NCBI GenBank assembly: GCA_964510235.1
Contig: CAZEBF010000001.1
Coordinates: forward strand, 13,001 to 77,000
Source: an uncultured Candidatus Saccharibacteria bacterium
Lineage (GTDB): Bacteria; Patescibacteriota; Saccharimonadia; Saccharimonadales; CAYUUR01
DNA length: 64,000 bases
Direction: 5' to 3'
A program made the position numbers and the translations under genes. Positions 26,262 through 35,305 of the stretch are shown here, piece after piece (position 1 is the first letter of the stretch; every line of letters starts with the position of its first letter). The notes under the pieces are model-generated. The model searched no databases, was not told the DNA's origin, and saw only the letters and a list, made by a program, of their open reading frames with translations.

Positions 26262-26819
26262 TTAGGCGTGTGTTAATTTTTCGTGCACTGTTTCGTACTT
26301 GTACAGTTCGTTATCGTCAAACCACATGCTGATCTCTTGTTTGGCTTCATCAACCGCACCGGAGGCGTGCACCAAGTTAGCTGCACCCTTCTTTTGCAGT
26401 GAAGCACGTCCCAGACTCAAGTGTGCGTAATCACCGCGGATAGTACCAGGAGCGGAATCTTTTGGACCAGTCGAACCAACCATTTTACGAACCACTTCGA
26501 CAGCATGACCACCTTCTAGCACAAAGGCTATTACTGGTGAACTATTCATGAATGAACGAGTAGCGCTAACAATCATTTCACCAATTTCTTCAATCGTTTC
26601 ACTATACTCGACGCCATATCCATCCCAATCAAGCTTTGTCTTGTTGCCGACAATTGGTACTAATTCATCAGGATAGTGTTTTTTAAGCAGTTCCATACCT
26701 GGGATCATCATCTTCATACCAACAATTTTGAATCCAGCGCGTTCAAAGCGAGCGATAATTTCGCCAGCGAGGCCTCGTTGTACTGCGTCTGGCTTGAGAA
26801 TAACTAATGTTCGTTCCAT
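26262..26819 (-). CDS. ndk: Nucleoside diphosphate kinase
   Basis: ERTLVILKPDAVQRGL, PGTIRGD and NLVHAS (catalytic His). Confidence 0.95.
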   Translation of the reverse strand: MERTLVILKPDAVQRGLAGEIIARFERAGFKIVGMKMMIPGMELLKKHYPDELVPIVGNKTKLDWDGYGVEYSETIEEIGEMIVSATRSFMNSSPVIAFVLEGGHAVEVVRKMVGSTGPKDSAPGTIRGDYAHLSLGRASLQKKGAANLVHASGAVDEAKQEISMWFDDNELYKYETVHEKLTHA

Positions 26820-26932
26820 GACTTCCCTTCACTTATTTCTTGCTACTAAAAGCACATTCTAACAGATGTGAAGTCGCATAACAAACCAATGCCCAGCGAC
26901 AGCGGCGCAATCGTGTCGTACAATATAAGCAT

Positions 26933-27862
26933 ATGTTGTTTACCAAAGCCAAAACTGATTTTCTGGAGTACCTAGAGATAGAGCAGAACCGCTCACAGAA
27001 AACTATCGCTAATTATGATCACTACCTAACAAGACTAAGTGACTACGCTGGCGACGACATCAAAGTGGCCGATATCGACCCCGAGATGATTCGCAAATGG
27101 CGACTATGGCTGAACCGACTTGGCACCAATACTAGCGACGAGCTACAAAAGACAACTCAGAATTATCACCTAATCGCACTAAGGAGCTTTCTGAAGTTTT
27201 GCTCCAAACGCGACATCCCTGCTCTGTCAGCTGACAAGATTGAGCTAGCGCGCACCGTTCGCAAACAAGTCACATTTCTAAACGCTGACGAAGTACTGAG
27301 ACTCTTCGAACAAACTGACACATCTACACTTGGCGGCCTTCGTGACCGAGCAATTTTGGAATTGCTCTTCTCTAGCGGCTTGCGTGTGTCTGAGCTGGTT
27401 GGCCTCAATCGTGATCATGTAAACCTCAAACGCCGAGAGTTCATGGTGCGCGGTAAAGGACAGAAAGACCGCCCAATATTCATAAGCCCACTGGCGGCTG
27501 AATGGATCCAAAAATACCTTGATGCTCGCCAGGATACTGCACAAGCATTGTTTATCCGCCACGGTAAAGGTGGCGCCAGGACTGTCGACACCAGTGGAAA
27601 CTACAATCGACTGACCGCCCGTAGCATCCAGCGCATGGTGGCCCGCTATGCCCTGCTGGCAGGCATCACTAAGCATGTTTCACCCCATACGTTACGCCAC
27701 AGTTTTGCGACTGATCTGCTGATGAACGGGGCTGATTTACGCTCTGTGCAGGCCTTGTTAGGCCACAGCAACATCGCCACTACCCAGATCTACACCCACG
27801 TAACCGACCCACATCTCAAATCGGTTCACGAAAAGTTTCACCGCCACGGCGACGACGCCTAA
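26933..27862 (+). CDS. XerC/XerD-family tyrosine recombinase
   Basis: N-terminal SAM-like domain; catalytic residues in SGLRVSEL, GKG, HTLRHSFAT, LLGH and TTQIYT. Confidence 0.92.
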   Translation: MLFTKAKTDFLEYLEIEQNRSQKTIANYDHYLTRLSDYAGDDIKVADIDPEMIRKWRLWLNRLGTNTSDELQKTTQNYHLIALRSFLKFCSKRDIPALSADKIELARTVRKQVTFLNADEVLRLFEQTDTSTLGGLRDRAILELLFSSGLRVSELVGLNRDHVNLKRREFMVRGKGQKDRPIFISPLAAEWIQKYLDARQDTAQALFIRHGKGGARTVDTSGNYNRLTARSIQRMVARYALLAGITKHVSPHTLRHSFATDLLMNGADLRSVQALLGHSNIATTQIYTHVTDPHLKSVHEKFHRHGDDA

Positions 27863-28950
27863 GGGTTACAGGCTGCTTGTTGAGCAGCGCTTTGAGCTGG
27901 CGTAAGAGTGATGTTTGGCTCGTTAGCGCTATTAACATCATTAACCGACTCTCCGGGTAGTGTATAGAATCTTTTACATAGTGTCGTAAAAGTTTGTAGC
28001 GCGTACTCCGGGAAGACTGCACCAGCGTTGGTGAGCGGCACGTTTACTTGAACACGACGCACCACGTCAGCCGCCTTACCAGTCACATCTATCTTAGCCT
28101 GACCATTCTTAAGCTCCTGAACCTGTCCGTCATCAGCGAACGACTGCACCAGTATGCTGGATGGGCTGTAGATGGCTTTAAGCCTAATGTAATACGAGCT
28201 TCGAGTGAGTCCTGTTAAACGCACCTTACAGAAAGGCTCACGAGAGACATTGCAATTACCATTCACAAACAAGCCTTGTTGTCCGGGAGTTGGTGTTACA
28301 GCCGGAACTGGTTGCGAGGTAGTTCCATTACCGGCATTTGGATACAAGAACGCTTGGTACGTATCGGTAATTTGCTGATTACGCGAAGGGACGTCAGGTA
28401 TCAGCATCAGACGTACAACGCCTGTCGTATCGCCCCATCGATTCTCTGGAGTAAGTAAGTGCGTCGGCGACCAAGTAGGGTCTGCAAAACGAGCATCTGT
28501 GGGACGTTGATCTGGCACCTGCCAGTTAATTTCAAGATTACGTACTGGTTGTCCATTAGCAGTCTCGACTTTCATTACCCATGAGGCACCATCAGGGTCA
28601 ATTCTTGTCTGTAATCCGGTCGGCGTGACATCCATAAGTACGCAGGTAAACGATACATTATTGCCTAAGCTTGCTTGATCCATAATTCCAACTTGTGGGG
28701 TATCTTCACAACTGTCAACATCGCTCAGTGTTGCTAGATTGCCATCTATGTAATCACGCGCCACGTTCACACCACTCTCCGCTGCATAAAACGCTTGGGT
28801 GCTCAGCTGTTGATCCAGAGCTTGCCTTTGCTCACGACGCATCAGTGTGGCAAAACCAACGATGATAAGCGTCACGATTCCGAGAATGATAAGCGTAACA
28901 GTGATGGCTGCCAGGCCTGACTCATTACGACGTAAAGTTGTCTGAGACAT
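27859..28950 (-). CDS. PilX-like minor pilin
   Basis: Prepilin site NESG|LAAIT lacking Glu+5; QAFYAAESG motif. Confidence 0.8.
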   Translation of the reverse strand: MSQTTLRRNESGLAAITVTLIILGIVTLIIVGFATLMRREQRQALDQQLSTQAFYAAESGVNVARDYIDGNLATLSDVDSCEDTPQVGIMDQASLGNNVSFTCVLMDVTPTGLQTRIDPDGASWVMKVETANGQPVRNLEINWQVPDQRPTDARFADPTWSPTHLLTPENRWGDTTGVVRLMLIPDVPSRNQQITDTYQAFLYPNAGNGTTSQPVPAVTPTPGQQGLFVNGNCNVSREPFCKVRLTGLTRSSYYIRLKAIYSPSSILVQSFADDGQVQELKNGQAKIDVTGKAADVVRRVQVNVPLTNAGAVFPEYALQTFTTLCKRFYTLPGESVNDVNSANEPNITLTPAQSAAQQAACNP

Positions 28951-29639
28951 TAGTTTGTTCTCCTATAGACTGTTGTTTGTAATTCTGAGGTAGCGCACCA
29001 TTGAGCACCCAAACCAACGCCTGTACAGCGAGCGGTCAAACTGTCACCTGAGCCGCTAAACTCAATCAACTCGTCATCCTGGCCGTACACTACACCAACC
29101 GCAAAACTAGCTAAAGCGTTACTGTCTTGGGGTACTCGTAACCGGTACAAACGCATACCCTCACCTAGCATCTCTCGCCCATTCGAACCCTGCACACCAC
29201 TGGGCAAATCTTCGCGTGGCTCACAAAGTGGACCAGCTTCGTTCTCATCACGCCACATGGCATTTTTGACATAGTTCTCACTGTTGCTACCAGGCTGATA
29301 AAAATTAACGTCTGGGTTCACTTGACCATTAATGATGTAGCTATAACGAACTTTACCGATACAAAAGGCATTAACCTGCACAGGCCCCTGTGCCCCTGGT
29401 ACCGTCCGGGCAGCCCCAACCGATACTTTTTCGGAGGTAAACTGCAGAGTACGACCAATATCATCAGTGATTGTTCTGGTGGTTTCTTGGGTACGAGAAC
29501 TAACGACTCCCTTGTAGTACAGGCGTCCAATCTGCACTAGCATGCTGGCAGCCAGTAATAGTAAAACTGAGAAAACCACAGTAGATATCATCAACTCTAG
29601 GACGGTAAATCCCGACTGGTTTTTGTGCATACTGCTCAT
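28950..29639 (-). CDS. PilW-like minor pilin
   Basis: Prepilin site NQSG|FTVLELM; ATGA overlap with the upstream gene. Confidence 0.8.
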   Translation of the reverse strand: MSSMHKNQSGFTVLELMISTVVFSVLLLLAASMLVQIGRLYYKGVVSSRTQETTRTITDDIGRTLQFTSEKVSVGAARTVPGAQGPVQVNAFCIGKVRYSYIINGQVNPDVNFYQPGSNSENYVKNAMWRDENEAGPLCEPREDLPSGVQGSNGREMLGEGMRLYRLRVPQDSNALASFAVGVVYGQDDELIEFSGSGDSLTARCTGVGLGAQWCATSELQTTVYRRTN

Positions 29640-30085
29640 TCGTAGCTCCTGTACACCATCTGTAATTGCTCTTTGCCGCCACCAATGCGATCCCACCGAA
29701 CGTTAATCGTATACGTTGAGCCCTGTTTGACGATGAAGACATTATGAAAGCCGGAGTTTCTGCCGGTACATGCTGCCGGGTACCCAGCAAAAGTGTCAGC
29801 AATATACGAAGCCGGTGGCACGCTAGCAGACCAAGTTACAGCTGCATTAGTGCCAGCCAGACAAAAAGGACTTCCCGCGGTTACGCCAGTAACACCGGCT
29901 TTGATAGTTTCAACTTGGCTCTCGGCTAGCTTGGTGGCTTCGGCCCGCTCTTGCGCCTGCCGACTGTTACGAAGGGCCGCATTCACAATACTATAGGCAC
30001 CACCGATCACCATGCTCAGAACGGCCAGACTAATCAAGACTTCCACGATTGTATCGCCCCTGTTGTTGGATTGTATGCGCATCAT
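29636..30085 (-). CDS. PilV-like minor pilin
   Basis: Prepilin site NNRG|DTIVEVL; ATKLAESQVE helix. Confidence 0.8.
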   Translation of the reverse strand: MMRIQSNNRGDTIVEVLISLAVLSMVIGGAYSIVNAALRNSRQAQERAEATKLAESQVETIKAGVTGVTAGSPFCLAGTNAAVTWSASVPPASYIADTFAGYPAACTGRNSGFHNVFIVKQGSTYTINVRWDRIGGGKEQLQMVYRSYE

Positions 30086-30909
30086 GGATTACACCCCAAT
30101 GGTACTGAATCAACTATCAGCCGTGTGTTGATACCAGATGCTTGCTCAGTGATCTCAAGGGCAGCCTGGCGTGCGTTCGCGTTTGTGTCATTACGGAAAC
30201 AAACCGTCGCAGAAGAGATTCTGTTGCTCTCTCTGATAGCCCCAATAGCCGTGTCAAAGTTGGCAATCGTCTGACCAACAGGGCCAGTTACTCCGTATAA
30301 ACCTGCCGTTTGTGAACCAGCTATTGGATCACCACCGCTGCCAAATGAGCCCAGACTTGTTATAAATGCTATCCCACTGAGAGAGTTATTGGCTTGGTCG
30401 AATACTCGCTTCACCCCTAGCCCATAGCCAAAGGTAAATGGCGTTACATACGGAGAGTTATTAGGAGCGGCGACTGGCTTGGCATCATCCAGACTGTCAA
30501 CATCTGCTCCACCTGCAGTACGATTGCCAGCAATTGTCACAGTACGTGCACCGGTACAATTATTACTACAGCCGGCTTCACTGGGCCCAAACTGAATAGC
30601 TTTGCCCAAGAAAATGCAGTCTTCGTTGGTTCCCTGTTCTTGAGCAGCACCAGCCGCTCTAATCTCTGGTGGCTGGTTGGCAACTGCACTACATCGCCAT
30701 GCGGTTGTTTCTGGAAAAAAGCCACTCGTAACGTCATTGGCAACATCAGTGATACGTGAGTCGGCGTCCCTGGTACCTTGCGTAAATCGGGTACGTTCTT
30801 GCTGGCCATAAAAAGCCGTCACCGCAATAACGAACATGGCGCCGGTCACCGCCAGCACAATCATCGACTCAATAATGGTAAATCCCCCAGCCTGGGCACG
30901 GCGTTTCAT
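30082..30909 (-). CDS. Minor pilin (FimU-like position)
   Basis: Prepilin site AGG|FTIIESM. Confidence 0.8.
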   Translation of the reverse strand: MKRRAQAGGFTIIESMIVLAVTGAMFVIAVTAFYGQQERTRFTQGTRDADSRITDVANDVTSGFFPETTAWRCSAVANQPPEIRAAGAAQEQGTNEDCIFLGKAIQFGPSEAGCSNNCTGARTVTIAGNRTAGGADVDSLDDAKPVAAPNNSPYVTPFTFGYGLGVKRVFDQANNSLSGIAFITSLGSFGSGGDPIAGSQTAGLYGVTGPVGQTIANFDTAIGAIRESNRISSATVCFRNDTNANARQAALEITEQASGINTRLIVDSVPLGCNP

Positions 30910-30968
30910 ACCCTCAAGTATAGCATAAGCGTTATTGCAGTCGACGCATTTTTACAGATATACACACA

Positions 30969-31799
30969 TTACAAACCAACCAGCGTATTGTACTGATTGA
31001 CGATACGTTCGCCGTACAACGTAACCACAAATGCGGCAGCTATCAGGAAAGGACCAAATGGCAGTTTACTCGTACGTGAAGCCTTGCCCGCTATCATCAA
31101 CGGTAAAGCGACCAGTGTTCCGATAAAAGACGCCAGGAATAGCAGTAGTATCGCGTTCATTGGCCCGCCCACGATGAGCCCGAGGGCTGCACCGAGCTTA
31201 ACGTCACCACCACCTATCCAGCGGCCATCTGATATCTGGAACAACACATAGAAGAGACCGCCACCGATGGCGACGCCCCAAGCAGCAGAGACCAGCGGAT
31301 CAGCATTTCCTGACACAAGAATACTAGCAGCTACATAGAGACCAGCCAATACAGCCAGAGGCGTTACCATTCGGTTGGGCAACAGCATCCACTTGAGATC
31401 ATACACAGCCAGTGCCATCAGACTAACCACAATGCAGAGCCAGAGGCCAAATAACAGCCATACACCGCCTGATACTGGTTCAGGCCACGCCTTGTAGGAA
31501 ATAACGAACAAAACAGCTGTGGCGAGCTCTACAAGCGGATACTGCGCACCAATACGCTTATGACAGTACCTGCACGCCCCTTTCAGCGACAACCAGCTCA
31601 GTACCGGCACTAGATCTTTAGCAGCCAAACCATGCTTGCAGTGCGGACACATAGAACGACCATGTAGCAAAGAGTATTGGTCTGGCTTCTTGTTTGATCG
31701 CTTAGACTTACTGGTGCCCTGCTTATAGATGCGCCACACATAGGCGTTCACAAAACTACCAAAGCACAGGCCGAGAATAAGCAAACTAAGAATAATCAT
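30969..31799 (-). CDS. pilD: Prepilin peptidase / N-methyltransferase
   Basis: GSFVN, two CxxC motifs, YDL, GGGDVKL and LPFGPFL. Confidence 0.95.
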   Translation of the reverse strand: MIILSLLILGLCFGSFVNAYVWRIYKQGTSKSKRSNKKPDQYSLLHGRSMCPHCKHGLAAKDLVPVLSWLSLKGACRYCHKRIGAQYPLVELATAVLFVISYKAWPEPVSGGVWLLFGLWLCIVVSLMALAVYDLKWMLLPNRMVTPLAVLAGLYVAASILVSGNADPLVSAAWGVAIGGGLFYVLFQISDGRWIGGGDVKLGAALGLIVGGPMNAILLLFLASFIGTLVALPLMIAGKASRTSKLPFGPFLIAAAFVVTLYGERIVNQYNTLVGL

Positions 31800-31814
31800 T
31801 TACCCTATCATAAC

Positions 31815-31842
31815 AAAAAACAGCCCGTTGCCGAGCTGTTTT
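31815..31842 (-). terminator. Terminator after the major pilin
   Basis: AAAACAGCTCGGCAACGGGCTGTTTTTT on the minus strand. Confidence 0.75.
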
Positions 31843-31860
31843 ATTGAATGCTAGGCTATC

Positions 31861-32352
31861 TTAGCCTTCTTGACAGACTTTGTCGCTAGTACCACCAGTT
31901 TCAACTGTGTACATAGCAGCAAATGCTCGTGAAGTAGCGTTGGTTGAAGTTGCATCGTCTCCGTTAGCAGCACACTTTGCACCACGGACTACCACAACTG
32001 TTGACTCAGTAGTGGCGTTGGTGTTAGTTGTTGCTCCGGCTACAAAAGTGACCTGACCAGAATAAATACCGAGCTTGGCATTTGAGAGTGCTGCCGCCTC
32101 TTCATTAGCTGCAGTTACCCCAGTTGGCAACGTAGGCTGACCAGGCAAGCGACCATTATTGTTGTTTGACCATTCCGAGACTGCACCGAGTACGCTCGCT
32201 ACATCATTTTTTCGTTGTGTGTTACGGCTGTTACGCTGCAAGGCTGGTACAGCCAAGAAGACGATTAGCATGATCAGTCCGGCGATTACTAGGACGATCA
32301 AGACTTCGATGATGGTGAAGCCTTTTTCTTGTTGTTTTACTTTTGATAACAT
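31861..32352 (-). CDS. Type IV pilin, probable major pilin
   Basis: KG|FTIIEVL site, C-terminal Cys pair; has its own promoter, strong SD and terminator. Confidence 0.9.
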   Translation of the reverse strand: MLSKVKQQEKGFTIIEVLIVLVIAGLIMLIVFLAVPALQRNSRNTQRKNDVASVLGAVSEWSNNNNGRLPGQPTLPTGVTAANEEAAALSNAKLGIYSGQVTFVAGATTNTNATTESTVVVVRGAKCAANGDDATSTNATSRAFAAMYTVETGGTSDKVCQEG

Positions 32353-32927
32353 TGCTTTATTTCCCCCTTATATGTGCTTAAAGCATAGTGCTTATGTATG
32401 AATGGTAACTGCTCGTTTAGCGAAATGCAACTTTTTTATGAGGAGATGCACGTTGCTGTAGCGTTACCACCTGTTTCGACTGCATAGACCACAACTATGC
32501 TGGTGCCGCTCTGAACATCATTGTTAGTGCACTTAGCCTGTCCGAGCATAATTATTAGGCTCTGGTTTGTAGTAATTGTTGTACCAAGAGTACTAGTCGC
32601 TAGATTTCCGGTTTGTCCCGTTGTATTAGCAAGTATATTTAATGCTGAACCACCATATATGCTCAGGCTACCAGCATTAGTTAGAATTGCGGTACGTGTC
32701 GTATCTGGCGCGCCGGAGCATGCAGCCAGTACTGGAAAGCAAGTTGCAGGCCAGGCATTTGCATTATTCGTTCGCCACTCGGAAGCCCCACTTACAATGC
32801 GGCTAGCTTCTGTTCTTCGTTGTGTGTTACGGCTGTTACGCTGCAAGGCTGGTACAGCCAAGAAGACGATTAGCATGATCAGTCCGGCGATTACTAGGAC
32901 GATCAAGACTTCGATGATGGTGAAGCC
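32211..32927. repeat. Perfect 112-bp direct repeat (32211-32322 and 32816-32927)
   Basis: Identical base for base, including third codon positions; covers the N-terminal helix of both pilins. Confidence 0.92.
32402..32430 (-). promoter_or_regulatory. Internal promoter of the downstream pilin
   Basis: TTGCAT-N17-TACCAT, then SD AAGGGGG. Confidence 0.6.
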
Positions 32928-32957
32928 CTCGGTCTTTTTCTTTAGTTGTGTTTTCAT
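32436..32957 (-). CDS. Type IV pilin paralog
   Basis: EG|FTIIEVL site; head domain with four Cys, divergent from the neighbouring pilin. Confidence 0.9.
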   Translation of the reverse strand: MKTQLKKKTEGFTIIEVLIVLVIAGLIMLIVFLAVPALQRNSRNTQRRTEASRIVSGASEWRTNNANAWPATCFPVLAACSGAPDTTRTAILTNAGSLSIYGGSALNILANTTGQTGNLATSTLGTTITTNQSLIIMLGQAKCTNNDVQSGTSIVVVYAVETGGNATATCISS

Positions 32958-32988
32958 TTAGTGCCCATCCTATTTTTAAACATTAGCT

Positions 32989-34215
32989 TTATACTACAGT
33001 AACCTCGTTGACCAGTCCATAGATTGGCATCAATACTGCCGCCACAATAGTTATGGCCACAATACCGAGCAGAATCATCATTATTGGTTCGATGACCGTA
33101 GAAATAGTCTTAATCTCGTTATCGACTTCTTTCTCATAATAATCTGCTGTTTTACCAAGCATTTGCTCAATTGCACCAGATTGCTCACCGATACGGAGCA
33201 TGTTAGGCACAAGATCCAAGAAGTTATCATTATTTTCTAGTGCTGACGACAACGACTTACCAGCCTTTACCTTCTCGGTAGCTTTAATTAGTGCCGCCTC
33301 AATGTGGACATTATTAATTGATCTACCCGTAATCTGCAATGTTTGCACCAGTGGTACACCACTGGCAACCAGCGTAGTACCCGTTCGGGCAAATCGCGCC
33401 ATATACATCTTCATGAACAGTGGTCCAATTGGCCAAGCCACCATTTTTATTCGGTCGATGACGCGCTTTCCGCCAAAACTACGAGCCCAGCGACTGCCAA
33501 AGAAGATTGCCACAACGAGTATTATGACCACGACATACCAGTACGTCCGTACAAAGCTCGAGAATGAAAGCAAGGCTCGCGTCAGTAACGGCAACGAAGC
33601 ACCGCCCCCGATGCTCGTGTACAATTCTTCTACCTGCGGTAACACCTGGAGCACCATAAAACCTACTACCAAAATCATCACAAACAGCACGATACCCGGA
33701 TATACCATAGCGCCACGGACCTTACTAATAATCTCGGCGTCTTTTTCTTGCTGGTTAGCTAAGCGTTCGAGTGATTTATCGAGCGTACCGGATGCCTCGC
33801 CTGCTGCCACCAGGTTGACGAACACGTTATCAAAAACCATCGGATGGCTGCCGAGTGCAGCAGAGAATGATTGACCAGCCTCAACATCAGCGATTACCTG
33901 GTTAATCACAAGCTTCATATTTTTGTTCTTAGTCTGCTGAGCAATGCTACGCAGCGACTGCACCAAGGGCAGACCAGCGTTAATCAGCGTGGAAAGCTGA
34001 CGCGAGAACAGGATTTTGTCTTTGGTCTTGATGCGCTTTGTAAATCGTCCCAAACCGCCCGAACCAGGACCGCCTGATTTTACCTCGATCTCCAGCACCG
34101 ACAAACCCTGTTGCTGTACCAGTTTAGTAGCAGCAGACTCAGTTTCGGCCTGAACTTCAGCCTTTACTTTTTGGCCTGAGGCTGGGTCGCGTGCGGTGTA
34201 AGAAAAAGTTAACAT
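32989..34215 (-). CDS. pilC: Type IV pilus platform protein (GspF family)
   Basis: FSRQLSTLINAGLPL, GEASGTL and GEQSG motifs. Confidence 0.95.
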   Translation of the reverse strand: MLTFSYTARDPASGQKVKAEVQAETESAATKLVQQQGLSVLEIEVKSGGPGSGGLGRFTKRIKTKDKILFSRQLSTLINAGLPLVQSLRSIAQQTKNKNMKLVINQVIADVEAGQSFSAALGSHPMVFDNVFVNLVAAGEASGTLDKSLERLANQQEKDAEIISKVRGAMVYPGIVLFVMILVVGFMVLQVLPQVEELYTSIGGGASLPLLTRALLSFSSFVRTYWYVVVIILVVAIFFGSRWARSFGGKRVIDRIKMVAWPIGPLFMKMYMARFARTGTTLVASGVPLVQTLQITGRSINNVHIEAALIKATEKVKAGKSLSSALENNDNFLDLVPNMLRIGEQSGAIEQMLGKTADYYEKEVDNEIKTISTVIEPIMMILLGIVAITIVAAVLMPIYGLVNEVTVV

Positions 34216-34225
34216 TTATATGTTC

Positions 34226-35302
34226 CTAACCCCTCATCAACCGATCAAGTTCATCGAGATCAATGGCGTAGTTACGTGCCTCATCGTAGGTAATGGTACC
34301 GTTGTGAATCAGCTGAACCAGTGTTTTATCCATTGATTGCATACCGAACTCGGCGCCAGTCTGAATGACTGCCTCGAGCTGGTGACTCTTACCTTCACGG
34401 ATGATATTGCGAACGGCCGGTGTTGCCACCAAAATTTCTGCTGATGCAATTCGTCCACCACCGATAGACGGGATTAGACGCTGTGACACAATGGCCTGCA
34501 AGATGTTCGCCAACTGCGCACGAATTTGTGGCTGTTGGTGTGGTGGAAAAACATCAATCATACGGTCAATACTCTGTGAGGCACTGTTGGTGTGCAGAGT
34601 TGCAAACACCAAGTGACCTGTTTCAGCTATGGTAATAGCCGCAGCAATAGTCTCTAGGTCGCGCATCTCACCAATCAGCACAACGTCAGGGTCTTGGCGC
34701 AAGCTAGAACGCAAAGCGGCTGAGAATGAATAGGTGTCGTAGTGAACTTCGCGCTGAACGATAACTGATTTATTACTCTTGTGAGTAAATTCAATTGGAT
34801 CTTCGATGGTAACAATGTGCTGAGCCCGTTCGGCGTTAATCTTGTGGATCATAGCTGCCAGCGTGGTTGACTTACCAGAACCGGTTGGACCAGTTACCAA
34901 CACCAAACCGCGCGGATAATCAGCAAACTTGTTAACGATTGGTGGAAGACCAAGCTGTTCGATGGTCAAAATCTCGTTCGGGATTAAACGTAAAGCCGCT
35001 GCTAAGTTGCCCCGCTCATGGAAGGCGTTGACACGGAAGCGCCCCAGGTCACCAAAGGCAAAACTGAAGTCAAACTCTTTGTCTTTGAGGAGAATTTGCT
35101 TTTGGTCTTCGTCTAAGATTGCAAAAATAAGTGCTTCAACCGCTTCTTCGGTCAATGCCTCGGTGCCACTGACTGGCAACAGTGAACCATCAACACGCAA
35201 CATCGGTGGCAAGCCCACCTGCAAGTGAAGGTCTGAGCCCTTCTTCTTGATGACTTCTTCTAGTAAGATTTCAATTTTTGGTTGTCCCTGCATACTTCCC
35301 AC
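34226..35302 (-). CDS. pilT: Type IV pilus retraction ATPase
   Basis: GPTGSGKST, EDPIE, AETGHLVFATLH, AVRNIIRE and GMQS motifs. Confidence 0.95.
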   Translation of the reverse strand: MGSMQGQPKIEILLEEVIKKKGSDLHLQVGLPPMLRVDGSLLPVSGTEALTEEAVEALIFAILDEDQKQILLKDKEFDFSFAFGDLGRFRVNAFHERGNLAAALRLIPNEILTIEQLGLPPIVNKFADYPRGLVLVTGPTGSGKSTTLAAMIHKINAERAQHIVTIEDPIEFTHKSNKSVIVQREVHYDTYSFSAALRSSLRQDPDVVLIGEMRDLETIAAAITIAETGHLVFATLHTNSASQSIDRMIDVFPPHQQPQIRAQLANILQAIVSQRLIPSIGGGRIASAEILVATPAVRNIIREGKSHQLEAVIQTGAEFGMQSMDKTLVQLIHNGTITYDEARNYAIDLDELDRLMRG

Positions 35303-35305
35303 CTT

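Noticed and set aside
26933-27862. Tyrosine recombinase near tRNA-Arg as a prophage or island integrase
   Set aside because: It has Xer-like size and motifs with no arm-binding domain, ndk lies between it and the tRNA, and I found no tRNA-Arg 3' duplication or phage genes. A trans role on the mini-inserts is untested.
32211-32927. Pilin repeat as a diversity-generating retroelement TR/VR pair
   Set aside because: The copies are identical with no adenine-specific mismatches, they cover the conserved N-terminus, and there is no reverse transcriptase in the window.
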